From Mobula hypostoma (lineage: Eukaryota), in assembly GCF_963921235.1 (NCBI RefSeq), contig NC_086108.1, forward strand, positions 113,152,001 through 113,216,000: a stretch of 64,000 nucleotides of DNA, in the 5' to 3' direction. The notes under the pieces are model-generated. The model ran no database searches and was not told the origin of the DNA. It was given only the letters and a program-made list of their open reading frames with translations. Positions 13,705 to 25,164 of the stretch are shown piece after piece (position 1 is the first letter of the stretch; every line of letters starts with the position of its first letter). The position numbers and the translations under genes are program-made.

Positions 13705-14485
13705 TTGGGGGTGTGGAGGGGTGGGTTAGTGGTCGGGGGTGTGGAGGGGTGGGTTAGTGGTTGGGGGTGTGGAGGGGTGGGTTAGTGGTTGGGGTGTGGA
13801 GGGGTGGGTTAGTGGTTGGGGGGTGTGAAGGGGTGGGTTAGTGGTTGGGGTGTGGAGGGGTGGGTTAGTGGGTGGGGGTGTGGAGGGGTGGGTTAGTGGT
13901 TGGGGTGTGGAGGGGTGGGTTAGTGGTTGGGGGTGTGGAGGGGTGGGTTAGTGGTTGGGGTGTGGAGGGGTGGGTTAGTGGGTGGGGGTGTGGAGGGGTG
14001 GGTTAGTGGTTGGGGGGTGTGAAGGGGTGGGTTAGTGGTTGGGGGTGTGAAGGGGTGGGTTAGTGGTTGGGGTGTGGAGGGGTGGGTTAGTGGGTGGGGG
14101 TGTGGAGGGGTGGGTTAGTGGTTCGGGGTATGGAGGGTGGGTTAGAGGGTGGGGGTGTGGAGGGGTGGGTTAGTGGTTGGGGTGTGGAGGGGTGGGTTAG
14201 TGGGTGGGGGTGTGGAGGGGTGGGTTAGTGGTTGGGGGTGTGGAGGGGTGGGTTAGTGGTTGGGGGGTGTGAAGGGGTGGGTTAGTGGTTGGGGTGTGGA
14301 GGGGTGGGTTAGTGGGTGGGGGTGTGGAGGGGTGGGTTAGTGGTTCAGGGTATGGAGGGTGGGTTAGAGGGTGGGGGTGTGGAGGGGTGGGTTAGTGGTT
14401 GGGGTGTGGAGGGGTGGGTTAGTGGGTGGGGGTGTGGAGGGGTGGGTTAATGGTTGGGGGTGTGGAGGGGTGGGTTAGTGGGTGG
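13705..14485. repeat. G-rich 27-29-bp minisatellite, about 28 copies
   Basis: Unit GGGGTGTGGAGGGGTGGGTTAGTGGTT, embedded in a minus-strand Rex1-like 3' region (about 13480-14820). Confidence 0.96.
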
Positions 14486-15009
14486 AGGTGTTGATCAACC
14501 TCACTGCTTGGGGAAAGGAACTGTTTTTGAGTCTGGTGGTCCTGGTGTGGGTGCTACGCAGCTTCCTCCCTGATGGGAGTGGGACAAACAGTCCACGAGC
14601 AGGGAGGGTGGGATCCTTCATGATGTTACTGGCCCTCTTCTGGCACCGTTCTGTATAAATGTCCTTGCTGGCTGGTGATGCGCTGGGCAGTTTTGATTAC
14701 CTGTGGTGGAGCCTTGCTCTTTGCCACGGTGCAGTTTCTATGCTGTGCAGTGATGCAGCTTGTTAGGAATTTGCTTACGGAGCGTTTATAGAAAGACATT
14801 GAGAATAGAGGTACACAGTGCACTACAGACCACCTCTTGCACTCATGGACTTGTCTCTCTGTTTTTGTTTTGTGCTAATGTCTTGATTTGCACTGTCTCC
14901 TTGTTCTTCACTGCTTTGTATTATTTATGTATAATTTAATTCCTAGAAGCTGTCTCAACCTACTACTTTTCTGTTCTACAGCCTTTTCCTTCGCTGTCTT
15001 GTATAATCG

Positions 15010-15320
15010 GGTGCCACGGTAGTATAGCGGTTAGCATGGCGCTATTACAGCTCAGGGCATTGGATTTGGGAGGTCAATACCGGTGTCCTTTGTAATCAAG
15101 TTTGTACAGTCCTCCCTGTGTGTGCGTGGGTTTCCTGGGTTTTGTCCAGGTGCTTTGCTTTCCCCCCACAGTCCAATGATGTACCGGTTAGTACGTTAAC
15201 CGGTCTTGTAAGTTGTCCTGTGATTGGATGAGGGTTAAATCGATGGTTGCTGTGTGGTGCGGCTCAAAGGACTGAAAGGGCCTGTTCCTCACTGCATCTC
15301 TAAATGAAAAAAATAAATAA
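15010..15320 (+). mobile_element. V-SINE (HE1-like)
   Basis: tRNA-like head (GGTAGTATAGCGGTTAGC), V-domain-like GTGGGTTTCC..CCCACAGTCCAA core, CR1-like tail, A-rich end. Confidence 0.7.
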
Positions 15321-15509
15321 ATAATTTTATATTCTGTGTGCCTGTGATACTGCTGAAAGCAGTTTGTCTATTGTGCCCATACCTCACTGTGCTTGTGCAT
15401 ATGTCAATAAACTCGACTTGACTCAATGTCTGGGTTGATTGTGAAGCCAAGCTAAACTAGCATGTGGCTCACATTCCCCCTCTCCCAGTCTGTTCATCAG
15501 TCTGTCTAC

Positions 15510-15754
15510 TCATCATTATCATCATCATCACCATCATCACCATCATCACCATCAGCGTAATCATCATCATCACCATCATCACCATCAACACCACCACCAT
15601 CGTCATCATCACCATCAGCGTAATCATCATCATCACCATCATCATCACCATCAGCGTAATCATCATCATCATCACCATCAGCGTAATCATCATCACCATC
15701 AACACCACCACCATCATCATCATCACCATCAACACCACCACCATCATCATCATC
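15510..15754. repeat. (CAT/CAC)n microsatellite; expanded (ATG)n tail of the adjacent minus-strand RTE-related element
   Basis: Direct reading; abuts the reverse complement of the GAAGGCAATGGCAAAC-type element. Confidence 0.9.
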
Positions 15755-16053
15755 AGGTGCCATGTCAGAGGACGTAGGCGATCGTGGTCTATGACCATGA
15801 TTGCTCTTGACAAGTTTTTCTACAGAAATGGTTTGCCATTGCCTTTTTCTGGGCAGAGTCATTACAAAACAGGTGACCCCCAGCAAATATCAATACTCTT
15901 CATAGACTGTCTGCTTGGCATCAGTGGTTGCATTACCAGGACTTGTGATATGCACCAAACAACAGGAATTCTGCAGATGCTGGAAATTCAAGCAACACAC
16001 ATAAAAGTTGCTGGTGAATGCAGCAGGCCAGGCAGCATCTCTAGGAAGAGGTG

Positions 16054-16091
16054 CAGTCGACGTTTCAGGCCAAGACGCTTCGTCAGGACTA
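16054..16091 (-). ncRNA. Minimal type-I hammerhead motif (stem II imperfect)
   Basis: AGUC-CUGACGA-A-GCGUCUUGGCCU-GAAA-CGUC-GACU on the minus strand. Confidence 0.6.
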
Positions 16092-17210
16092 ACTGAAGGA
16101 AGAGTGAGTAAGCGATTTGAAAGTTGGAGGGGGAGGGGGAGATCCATAATGATAGGAGAAGACAGGAGGGGGAGGGATGGAGCCAAGAGCTGGACAGGTG
16201 ATTGGCAAAAGGGATACAAGAGGATCATGGGACAGGAGGTCCGGGAAGAAAGACGGCGGGGGGGACCCAGAGGATGGGCAAGGGGTATATTCAGAGGGAC
16301 AGAGGGAGAAAAAGGAGAGTGAGAGAAAGAATGTGTGTATAAAAATAAGTAACAGATGGGGTACAAGGGGAGGTGGGGCATTAGCGGAAGTTAGAGGAAT
16401 CGATGTTCATGCCATCAGGTTGGAGGCTACCCAGACGGAATATAAGGTGTTGTTCCTCCAACCTGAGTGTGGCTTCATCTTTACAGTAGAGGAGGCCGTG
16501 GCACTTATCCGTGTAAGCGGAACAAGTGCTACACATGCCCTTACACTTCCTCCCTTACCACCATTCAGGGCCTCAAACAGTCCTTCCAGGTGAGGCAACA
16601 CTTCACCTGTGAGTTGGCTGGAGTGATATACTGCGTCCGGTGCTCCCGATGTGGCCTTTTATATATTGGCGAGACCCGATGCAGACTGGGAGACTGCTTT
16701 GCTGAACATCTACGCTCTGTCCGCCAGAGAAAGCAGGATCTCCCAGTGGCCACACGTTTTAATTCCACATCCCATTCCCATTCTGACATGTCTATCCACG
16801 GCCTCCTCTACTGTAAAGATGAAGCCACACTCAGGTTGGGGGAACAACACCTTATATTCCGTCTGGGTAGCCTCCAACCTGATGGCATGAACATCGACTT
16901 CTCTAACTTCCGCTAATGCCCCACCTCCCCCTCGTACCCCATCTGTTACTTATTTTTATACACACATTCTTTCTCTCACTCTCCTTTTTCTCCCTCTGTC
17001 CCTCTGAATATACCCCTTGCCCATCCTCTGGGTTCCCCCTTCCCTTGTCTTTCTTCCCGGACCTCCTGTCCCATGATCCTCTCGTATCCCCTTTTGCCAA
17101 TCACCTGTCCAGCTCTTGGCTCCATCTCTCCCCCTCCTGTCTTCTCCTATCATTTTGGATCTCCCCCTCCCCCTCCAACTTTCAAATCCCTTACTCACTC
17201 TTCCTTCAGT

Positions 17211-17248
17211 TAGTCCTGACGAAGGGTCTCGGCCTGAAACGTCGACTG
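17211..17248 (+). ncRNA. Minimal type-I hammerhead motif
   Basis: AGUC-CUGACGA-A-GGGU-CUCG-GCCU-GAAA-CGUC-GACU. Confidence 0.75.
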
Positions 17249-18224
17249 AACCTCTTCCTAGAGATGCTGCCTGGCCTGCTGCGTTCACCAGCAACTTTTA
17301 TGTGATATGCACCAGCTGCTTCTATGACCATGGCTTCATTTGACCCTGATCGGGGGTGAAGCAAGTGCTACACCTTGCCCAAAGGTGACTTGCAGACTAG
17401 TGCCTTACACCTCCTCTGGTAGAGATGTATCTCCACCCTGCCACACGTCTGTCTAAATGCCTCTTAAATGTTGATAATGAGCACTGAGGTAGTGTTCATG
17501 GTTCATGGACTCATTTATAAATCATAGATCATAGAATATTATAGCACAGTACAGGCCTTTTGGCCCACAATCTTGTGCCAATCTTTAAACCTACTCTAAG
17601 ATCAATCATAGCCCTCCATTTTTCTATCATCCATGGGTCTACCTAAGATTCTCTTAAATGTTCCTAATGTATCTCAAGTTCAAGTTCAAAGTCAAGTTTA
17701 ATTGTCATTCAACCATACATGAATACCCATGCATAGAGGCAAACGGTACAGCGTTTCATCTGGGGCCAAGGTGCATAACACAGTACTAATAGTCACACAC
17801 AGTGTGAGGCATACATACCACATTAAGATAGCAGTAAAATATAGTCACACAAAAACATTGCAGTCCAAGTCCTTGAGTTCATGAATGTTGCAGCAGTCTG
17901 CAGCTGAACACAACACAGCTTTTCTTCTGCCAAGAGAACACAGGGGCAGCTCTGACTCCAGCATAGATGCCATGCCACACCACCTCTGCCATGCCGGTGG
18001 ACTGCACTGACTTCAATGTCTCCCGGCCGCAAACAGACGTCACCGCGGCTTGAGGCCTGGTCCTTGCTACATCCAAGGCCACATGGCTACGCTGAATTGT
18101 CACCAGTAAACCAGTGAATCTGACTTGCAGCATTCCAAATTACTAACGTTCCAACAGTGAATCAGAAGAAAAGCTACTAAGACGATCGCTTGCTGTTAAA
18201 CTTTCTGAGGTATTGGAGGCAACA

Positions 18225-19590
18225 CAGTTCAGTACGGCAACTGTTCTGCATGTGACTGCAAGAATTTGCACAGAGCTGTGGACACAGCTCAACGCATCAC
18301 AGGAACCAGCCTCCCCTCCCTAGAATCTGTCGGCACTTCCTGCTGCCTTGATAAAGCAGCCAGCATAATCAAAGACCACACCCACCTTGGACATTCTCTC
18401 GTCTCCCCTCTCTCATCGGGCAGAAGATACAAAAACTGTACCAGTTGATACCACCAGGCTCAGGGACAGCTTCTACCCTCTGTTAGAAAACTATTGAATG
18501 GTTCTCTGGTATGATATGGACTCTTCACCTCACAATCTACCTCAGTACGACCTTGCATCTTTTGTCTGCCTACACTGCACTCTCCCTGTAATGTGAACAC
18601 TTTATTCTCAGAATAGGTCAGGTCAGGTTAGCTTCATCTGTCCCATGTACTGTCCATCGAAGCATACATTGAAATGTATCGTTTGCGTCAAATTAAATCA
18701 GCCAAGATTGTGCTGGGCGGCATGAAACACTGTCGTAGGAAAGCAGCATCCATCATTAGAGATCCTCACCACCCAGGCCATGCTCTTTTCTCGCTGCCGC
18801 CATCAGGTAGAAGGTACAGGTGCCTCAGGACTCGCACCACCAGGTTCAAGAACAGTTACTACCCCTCAACCATCAGGCTCTTGAACAAAGGGATTAACTA
18901 CACTCACTTGACCATCCATTGTCCGACTTTTTCCGACTCTATCTTGTTATTTCATGTTCTCATTATTTATTGCAATTTATTTATATTTGCATTTGCAGAT
19001 TCTTCTGCACTCTAGTTGATCTTTCATAGATCTTGTTATAGTCACTAATCCATATTGTCACCTTGTCGTGGTGGAGAAGCTTGTGTGGTCCTGTGATCCT
19101 GAGAGCGATGCTGTCTGGAGCTGTGCTCCTGGTAGGGTCACCTATGGCGGTAAGGTCGAGGGTGAGGTCCCTGACAAAGAACAATCCAACCAAGACTTCA
19201 ACGGTGGAACAGGCAGACCAAGTTACTTCGAACTCAACGGCTGTGAAGGTGGATGAAGGCTGCAACAAATCCATCAGCTCCAATCGTCGTGGTTTCCATG
19301 CCATTGGAATCAGTTGGTTGATTTGTGAAGTATCGTGTGCTTCTTGGAGTGCAACATCAAGTACACGTTAAACAAATACACACACAGGCGTCTTCACTCT
19401 GTGGGTCACTTCTTCAGAACGAAGACCATCATCCTCGACCTCGAGGGATAGCCATGACGATGATGACGATGACTAACCCATAGATTGTATTTTCTGAGTA
19501 TGCCCACAGGAAAATGAATCTCAGGGTTGTATATGGTGACATATTTGTACTCTGATAATAAAATGTCCTTTGAACTTTGAACTTTTGAAC
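18225..19590 (+). mobile_element. Rex1/Babar-like 3' fragments (two, nested)
   Basis: AQRITGTSLP, ASIIRDPHHPGH..LPPSGRRY..RFKNSYYP motifs; (TTTGAAC)n tail. Confidence 0.75.
19055..19471 (+). mobile_element. RTE (Rex3/Expander-like) non-autonomous element
   Basis: 5' CACCTTGTCGTGGTGGAG..CCTGGTAGGGTCACC typical of RTE 5' UTRs; (GAT/GAC)n tail; near-perfect TSD ACTAA(T/C)CCATA at 19044-19054 and 19472-19482. Confidence 0.7.
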
Positions 19591-20027
19591 TTTGTTGCCC
19601 AGAGCACACTAACCTTAACCGGTATGTCTTTGGAATGTGGGAGGAAACTGGAGCACCCGGACAAAACCACATGGTCACGGGGAGATTGTGCAAACTTCTT
19701 ACAGACTTTGACAGGAATAGAACCCCGATCTTACAGTCTGTACTGTAAAGCTCTGAACCAGCTACTACACTGCCCTGTTGGAACTCTATTATTGGTTTAC
19801 CATCTACTGCCTCAATACACCGTGTAATGATCTGATCTGTATTAAGGACAAGATGCAAGACAAACTCTTCACTGTGTCTCAGTATGTGACAATAATAAGC
19901 CAATTTCAATTCTAATTCCGGTCTCTTAGCCATCTCAACTCTTACTGCTTCACCACAGGTGGCATGTCCTCTGTTACCTGTGCCTCTAGATATGGAACTC
20001 CCTCCCTAATCCCGCTGCCTGTCACCT

Positions 20028-20720
20028 AAACTCGAGGAATTCTGCAGATGCTGGAAATTCAAGCAACACACATCAAAGTTGCTGGTGAATGCAGCAGGCC
20101 AGGCAGCATCTCTAGGAAGAGGTACAGTCGACGTTTCGGGCCGAGACCCTTCGTCAGGACTAACTGAAGGAAGAGTTAGTAAGAGATTTGAAAGTGAGAG
20201 GGGGAGGGGGAGATCCGAAATCATAGGAGAAGACAGGTGGGGGAGGGATGGAGCCAAGAGCTGGACAGGTGATTGGCAAAAGGGATATGAGAGCATCATG
20301 GGACAGGTGGCCCAGGGAGAAGGAAAAGGGGGAGGGGGAAAAACCCAGAGGATGGACAAGGGGTATAGTCAGAGGGACAGAGGGAGAAAAAGGAGAGAGA
20401 GAGAAAGAATGTGTGTATATAAATAAATAACGGATGGGGTACGAGGGGGAGATGGGGCATTAGTGGAAGTTAGAGAAGTCGATGTTCATGCCATCAGGTT
20501 GGAGGCTACCCAGACAGAATGTAAGGTGTTGTTCCTCCAACCTGAGTGTGGCTTCATCTTGACAGTAGAGGAGACCGTGGATAGACATATCAGAATGGGA
20601 ATGGGATGTGGAATTAAAATGTGTGGCCACTGGGGGATCCTGCTTTCTCTGGCGGACAGAGCGTAGGTGTTCAGCAAAACGATCTCCCAGTCTGTGTTGG
20701 GTCTTGCCAATATATAGAAT
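20028..20720 (-). mobile_element. Penelope-like 3' fragment (GIY-YIG C-terminal half plus 3' region)
   Basis: Reverse complement highly similar to 16660-17300 and 48015-48660. Confidence 0.9.
20125..20162 (-). ncRNA. Intact minimal type-I hammerhead motif, sense to the collagen pre-mRNA
   Basis: AGUC-CUGACGA-A-GGGU-CUCG-GCCC-GAAA-CGUC-GACU; core and stems I and II intact. Confidence 0.8.
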
Positions 20721-21106
20721 ATACTGCCTGTCTCTCTTTTTAAACAGTCTCCTTAATTAATTATCTCGAGATACACCATGTTTAGGCCCTTCCAGCAATG
20801 TCCGATTTAGCCTAATCACAGGACAATTTACACTGACCAATGACCCTACTAACTGGTACATCTTTGGACTGTGGAAGGAACTCACGCATTCCACAAGGAG
20901 GGTATACAAACTCCCGACAGGGGACGCTAGGATTGAACTCTAAACTCTAACATCCTGAGTTGTAATAGTGTCACATTAATCATTATGTTACTGTGTCACC
21001 CAACTTAAAATGTATTCCTCTTCATTGCCAGTCTGACACAGGGTTTTGCTTTCTCCCCGCACAGGTGCTGCTCGACCCACTGAGTTCCTGCGGCAAATCA
21101 TCACCA

Positions 21107-22455
21107 CAAGAGATTCTGCAGATGCTGGAAATCCAGAGCAACACACACAAAATGCTGGAGGAACTCAGCAGGACAGGCAGCATCTGTGGAGGGGAATAAA
21201 GAGTCGATGTTTTGGGCTAAGACCCTTCATCAGGATGGGAAAGGAAGGGGGCAGAAGCCAGAATGAAAGAACTAACAAGTTTTGAGAATGTGCAGGGTGC
21301 ACAAGCGTCTCCATACCACTGGCACCAACATAGCATGGTCACAACTCATTAAACCGAACCCTGTTGTGGGAGGAAATCCCCAGAGTCACAGGGAGAACAC
21401 ACAAACAGCAATGGGAATTGAACCCTGATCGCTTGGCATTGTAAAGCGTTACACTAAACGTTATGCTACAACACTCCATTTTCCCTCTGCCTTAACAGCA
21501 TAGAGTTCCGATTGTCCTCACCTACCACCTCATGAACCTCTGTATCCAGCACATCATTCTTCGGAACTTCAACCATCTCCAATGGAATCCCACCTCCAAA
21601 CACATCTTCACATCTTCACCTCCTTCCCTCACTCCCTGCGAGGGATCGCTCTTCTTGTGACTGCCTTGTCCAGTCGTTCCACCTCACTAATCTCTCTCCT
21701 GGAACTTGTCCCTGTAAGCAGGATAAATACAACACCTGCCCATTCACCTCCTCCCTCACCTTCATTCAGGGCGCAAAATAGTCCTTCCAGGTGAGATCCC
21801 ATGTAGATTGGAGGGCCACGGTGACAAGGAACTTCGCTCAGTCTGCAACAAGCAAGTTTTCCTTGTGGCCAACCATTTTAATTCCAACACCCATACCCAT
21901 TCCGACATGTTGGTCCATGGCCTCCTCTACTGTCATGATGAAGTCTCTCTCAGGTTTGAGGAGCAACTTCAAATCCTGTTTGAGTAGTCTCCAACCTGAT
22001 GGCATGAACATCAATGTCCCTACATTTTGATGATTTTCCCCTCCCCCATCTCTTATTTTCCATTCCCTCTTCTGACTCCACTCTTAACCCTTTTCTTCTG
22101 CTCACCTGCCAACCGCCTCCCTCTTCTTCCCGTGGTTCACTGTCTTCTCCTATCTGATTTCTTCTTCTCCAGCTCTTTACCTTTCTCACCTATCACCTCC
22201 CAGCTTATCACTTTATCCACACCTCACCCACCCACCTGACTTCACCTGTCACCTGCCAGCTTGTGCTCCACCATCCCCCCATCTTCTTCTCCTGGATTCT
22301 GCCCCCTTCCTTTCCAGTCCTGATGAAGGGTCTCAGCCTGAAAACGTTGACTGTTTATTCATTTCTATAGATGCTGCCTGACCTGTTGAGTTCCTCCAGC
22401 ATTTTATCTGTGTTGCATTAGATTTCCAGCATCTGCAGAATCTCTTGTATTTACG
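21107..22455. mobile_element. Older Penelope-like remnant: minus 3' arm (21107-21262), SINE fragment, plus-strand EN and 3' region (21500-22455)
   Basis: VLTYH and LQPDGMNI motifs; degenerate hammerheads at about 21200-21236 (-) and 22315-22352 (+). Confidence 0.75.
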
Positions 22456-23634
22456 TCTTCCAATGCCTTCCCAATCTTCTCAACCAATCAAAATCCATTA
22501 GTCTTCCAATCCTTCCCAATTTTCTTAACCCATCGAACCCCATTAGTCTTCCAATCCTTCCCAATCTTCATTAAAAACAAACCTAATTTTCTCTCCTCTC
22601 TCATTCTGATGAAACATTTAACCATTTTTTTCTCCACAGCTGCTGCCTGACCTCCCATGTCCTTCCAGCATTTTTAGTTTTTATTTCAAATCTGCAATTT
22701 TTTTGATTTTCAGACACAATTGAAAGAAGTGCTGGGATAGACATTTCCAAGCCTTTACAGTATCACACATACACTGAAACTTAAAAATATCCAACCACGT
22801 GCCCAACAGAGTAACACCGCACTATATTTGGAATTAGACCTTGCAAAACTTTAATGCTAATGAAGTGTGTTTGGATAAATATTACTCTCACCCAAAGGCC
22901 AAAGGAACTGTTACATATCTAAAATATTTCAACAAAATAATATTAAAAACAATCTATTCCTTCCAAATGCATTACCAATGTGTAAACAATGTCATGTAAC
23001 TGTGCAGTTTGTAATTTTTTTCTTGGTGTAAGTTGGCAAAGAGAGTACAAGGAAGAGAAAATCCAGCAGATCTCCCAGGGAGACCATACAACAATAAGAA
23101 ATAGAGCAGAATTAGGCCATTTGGCCCATCGTGTCTGCTCTGTAATTCAATAAAGGCTCATTTATTTTCCCTCTCAAACCCAAACCCCTGCCTTCTCCCT
23201 GTAACCATTGACGTCTTGACTAAACAAGAATCTATCAACCTCTGCTTTAAATATACCCAATGACTCGACCCCCACAGCAGCCTGTGGCAATGAATTCCAC
23301 TGATTCAAATTCCTCCTCACCTCTGTTCTAAAAGGATGTCCCTCTATTCTGAGGCTGTGCCCTCTGGACTCTCCCGCTATAGGGTGGTGGTTAGTGTGAC
23401 GTTGTTACAGCTCCAGACATCACGGAGTTCAGAGTTCAATTCCAGCACTCGCTGTACATCCTCCTCACAGAACCCGTGGGTTTTTCTCATGTGCTCCAGT
23501 TTCCTCCCGTAGTCCATGTATGCTAATTGGTCATTGTATATTGTCCTGTGATTAGGTTCAGATTAACTGGGGTCGTGGAGTTGCTGGGGTGACATGGTTC
23601 AAAAGGCTGGAAGGAGAACATCCTCCCTACATCC

Positions 23635-24680
23635 CGCCACCCTACCAGGGATAGGGTTTCTCTTGTCCTCACCTAGCAGTCCACCAGCCTCCAGGTCCAG
23701 TACCTAACTCTCCGCAATTTCTACCATCTCCAACGGGATCCCACCACCAAGCACATCTTTCCCTTCACCCCCCCTCCCCTTTCTGCAGGGATCCCTCCCT
23801 ATGTGACTCCCTTGTCCATTCATCCCTCCCCACTGATCTCCCTCCTGGCACTTATCCTTGCAAGTGGAACAAGTGCTACACCTGCCCCTACACCTCCTCC
23901 CTCACTACCATTCAGGCCCCAGACAGTCCTTGCAGGTGAGGCAACACTTCACCTGTGAGTCTGTTGGGGTCTTATATTGTGTCCGGTGCTCCCAATGTGG
24001 CCTCCTGTATATCGGTGAGACCCAACATAGAGTGGGAGAGCACTTTGCCAAGCACTTACGCTCCGTCTGCCAGGAGAAACAGGATCTCCCAGTGGCCAGC
24101 CATTTTAATTCCACTTCCCATTCCTATTCCGACATGTCAGTCCATGGCTTTCTCTACTGTCGCGATGAGGCCACACTCAGGTTGGAGGAACAACATCTTA
24201 TATTCCGTCTGGGTAGCCTCCAACCTGATGGCATGAACATCGATTTCTGAAACTTCCAGGAATGCCCCCCCCCCTCCATTCACCATTCCCCGTTCCCTTT
24301 TCCCTCTCTCACCTCATCTCCTTGCCTGTCCATCACCTCTCTTTAGTGCTCCTCTTCCCTTTTCTTTCTTCCATGGTCTCCTATTCTCTCCTATCAGACT
24401 TCTCCTTTTCCAGCCCTGTATCGCTTTCACCAATCAACATCCCAGCTTTTTACTTCATCCCTCCCCCACCTGGTTTCATCTGTCACCTTGAGTTTCCCTC
24501 TCCCCTCCTCCACCTTTTAAATCTACTCCTCATCTTTCTTTCTCCAGTCCTGTCGAAGGGACTAGGCTCGAAACGTCAACTGTACTTTTTTTACATAGAT
24601 GCTGCCTGGCCTGCTGAGATCCTCCAGCATTTTGTGTGTGTTGCTTGAATTTCCAGCATCTGCAGATTTTCTCTTGTTTG
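23635..24680 (+). mobile_element. Penelope-like GIY-YIG fragment plus 3' region
   Basis: ORF 23858-24250 VLYCVRCSQCGLLYIGET..LGSLQPDGMNIDF; degenerate hammerhead at about 24544-24582. Confidence 0.9.
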
Positions 24681-25164
24681 AGTACAGGCTCATAGCCATC
24701 AAATGCTCCTCATACATTAACCGTTTCATCTCCAGAATCATTCGTGTGAACCTCGTTTGGACCTTCTCCAATGCCAGCACATCTTCTCTTAGATAAAGGA
24801 CCGATGACATGTTGACAGTAATCAACGTGCAATTGACCAATGCCTAATGAAGCATTTCATTGCATGGTTCCATGTACACATGATTACTAAATCTGAATCT
24901 GATGAAGTGGGGAGGAAGAGGGATGAGACTAGGGTCTGGTTGGTGATTGGTGGACTGGGGAGCAGAGGAGGATGTTGGGAAATGGAGTCAGGTAGGGATA
25001 GTCAGCCCTCTGTGCCTGCTCTTAAGCTAGTAGATGGTGACAGTTATGTACTTTGATAATAAATTTACTTCGACTTTGACTAGATCCAGCAGGCTGAGTC
25101 AGTGGTAAGGAAGACAAATGTGTTCATTTCGAGGATCAAATATAAAATTAATTTAATAAATGAT

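Larger units (their letters stand above)
15958..17300. mobile_element. Penelope-like element (Neptune-type) fold-back insertion: inverted 3' arm plus GIY-YIG endonuclease and 3' region
   Basis: ORF 16467-16916 has CKRNKCYTC and VIYCVRCSRCGLLYIGET motifs; 15998-16500 is the reverse complement of about 16797-17304; 14-bp TSD at 15944-15957 and 17301-17314. Confidence 0.92.
15755..17445 (-). mobile_element. RTE-related non-autonomous element split by a Penelope-like insertion (parts 15755-15957 and 17315-17445)
   Basis: Same family as 9660-10025 in opposite orientation; continuity restored across the 14-bp duplication TGTGATATGCACCA. Confidence 0.65.

Noticed and set aside
13705..14485. Interstitial telomere
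   Set aside because: GGGTTAG occurs once per unit; there is no tandem (TTAGGG)n.
15010..15085. tRNA gene
   Set aside because: Degenerate tRNA-derived SINE head; no complete cloverleaf.
15464..16096. Poly-I/T, poly-M/V and poly-D/G ORFs
   Set aside because: Translations of a (CAT/CAC)n microsatellite.
16467..16916. Stand-alone or domesticated GIY-YIG nuclease gene (also 23858-24250, 47790-48272)
   Set aside because: 5'-truncated Penelope fragments with no true start or promoter; multiple near-identical copies.
20015..20732. CTGCCTGTC as TSD of the 20 kb Penelope fragment
   Set aside because: Only 9 bp and offset a few bases from the element ends; may be chance.
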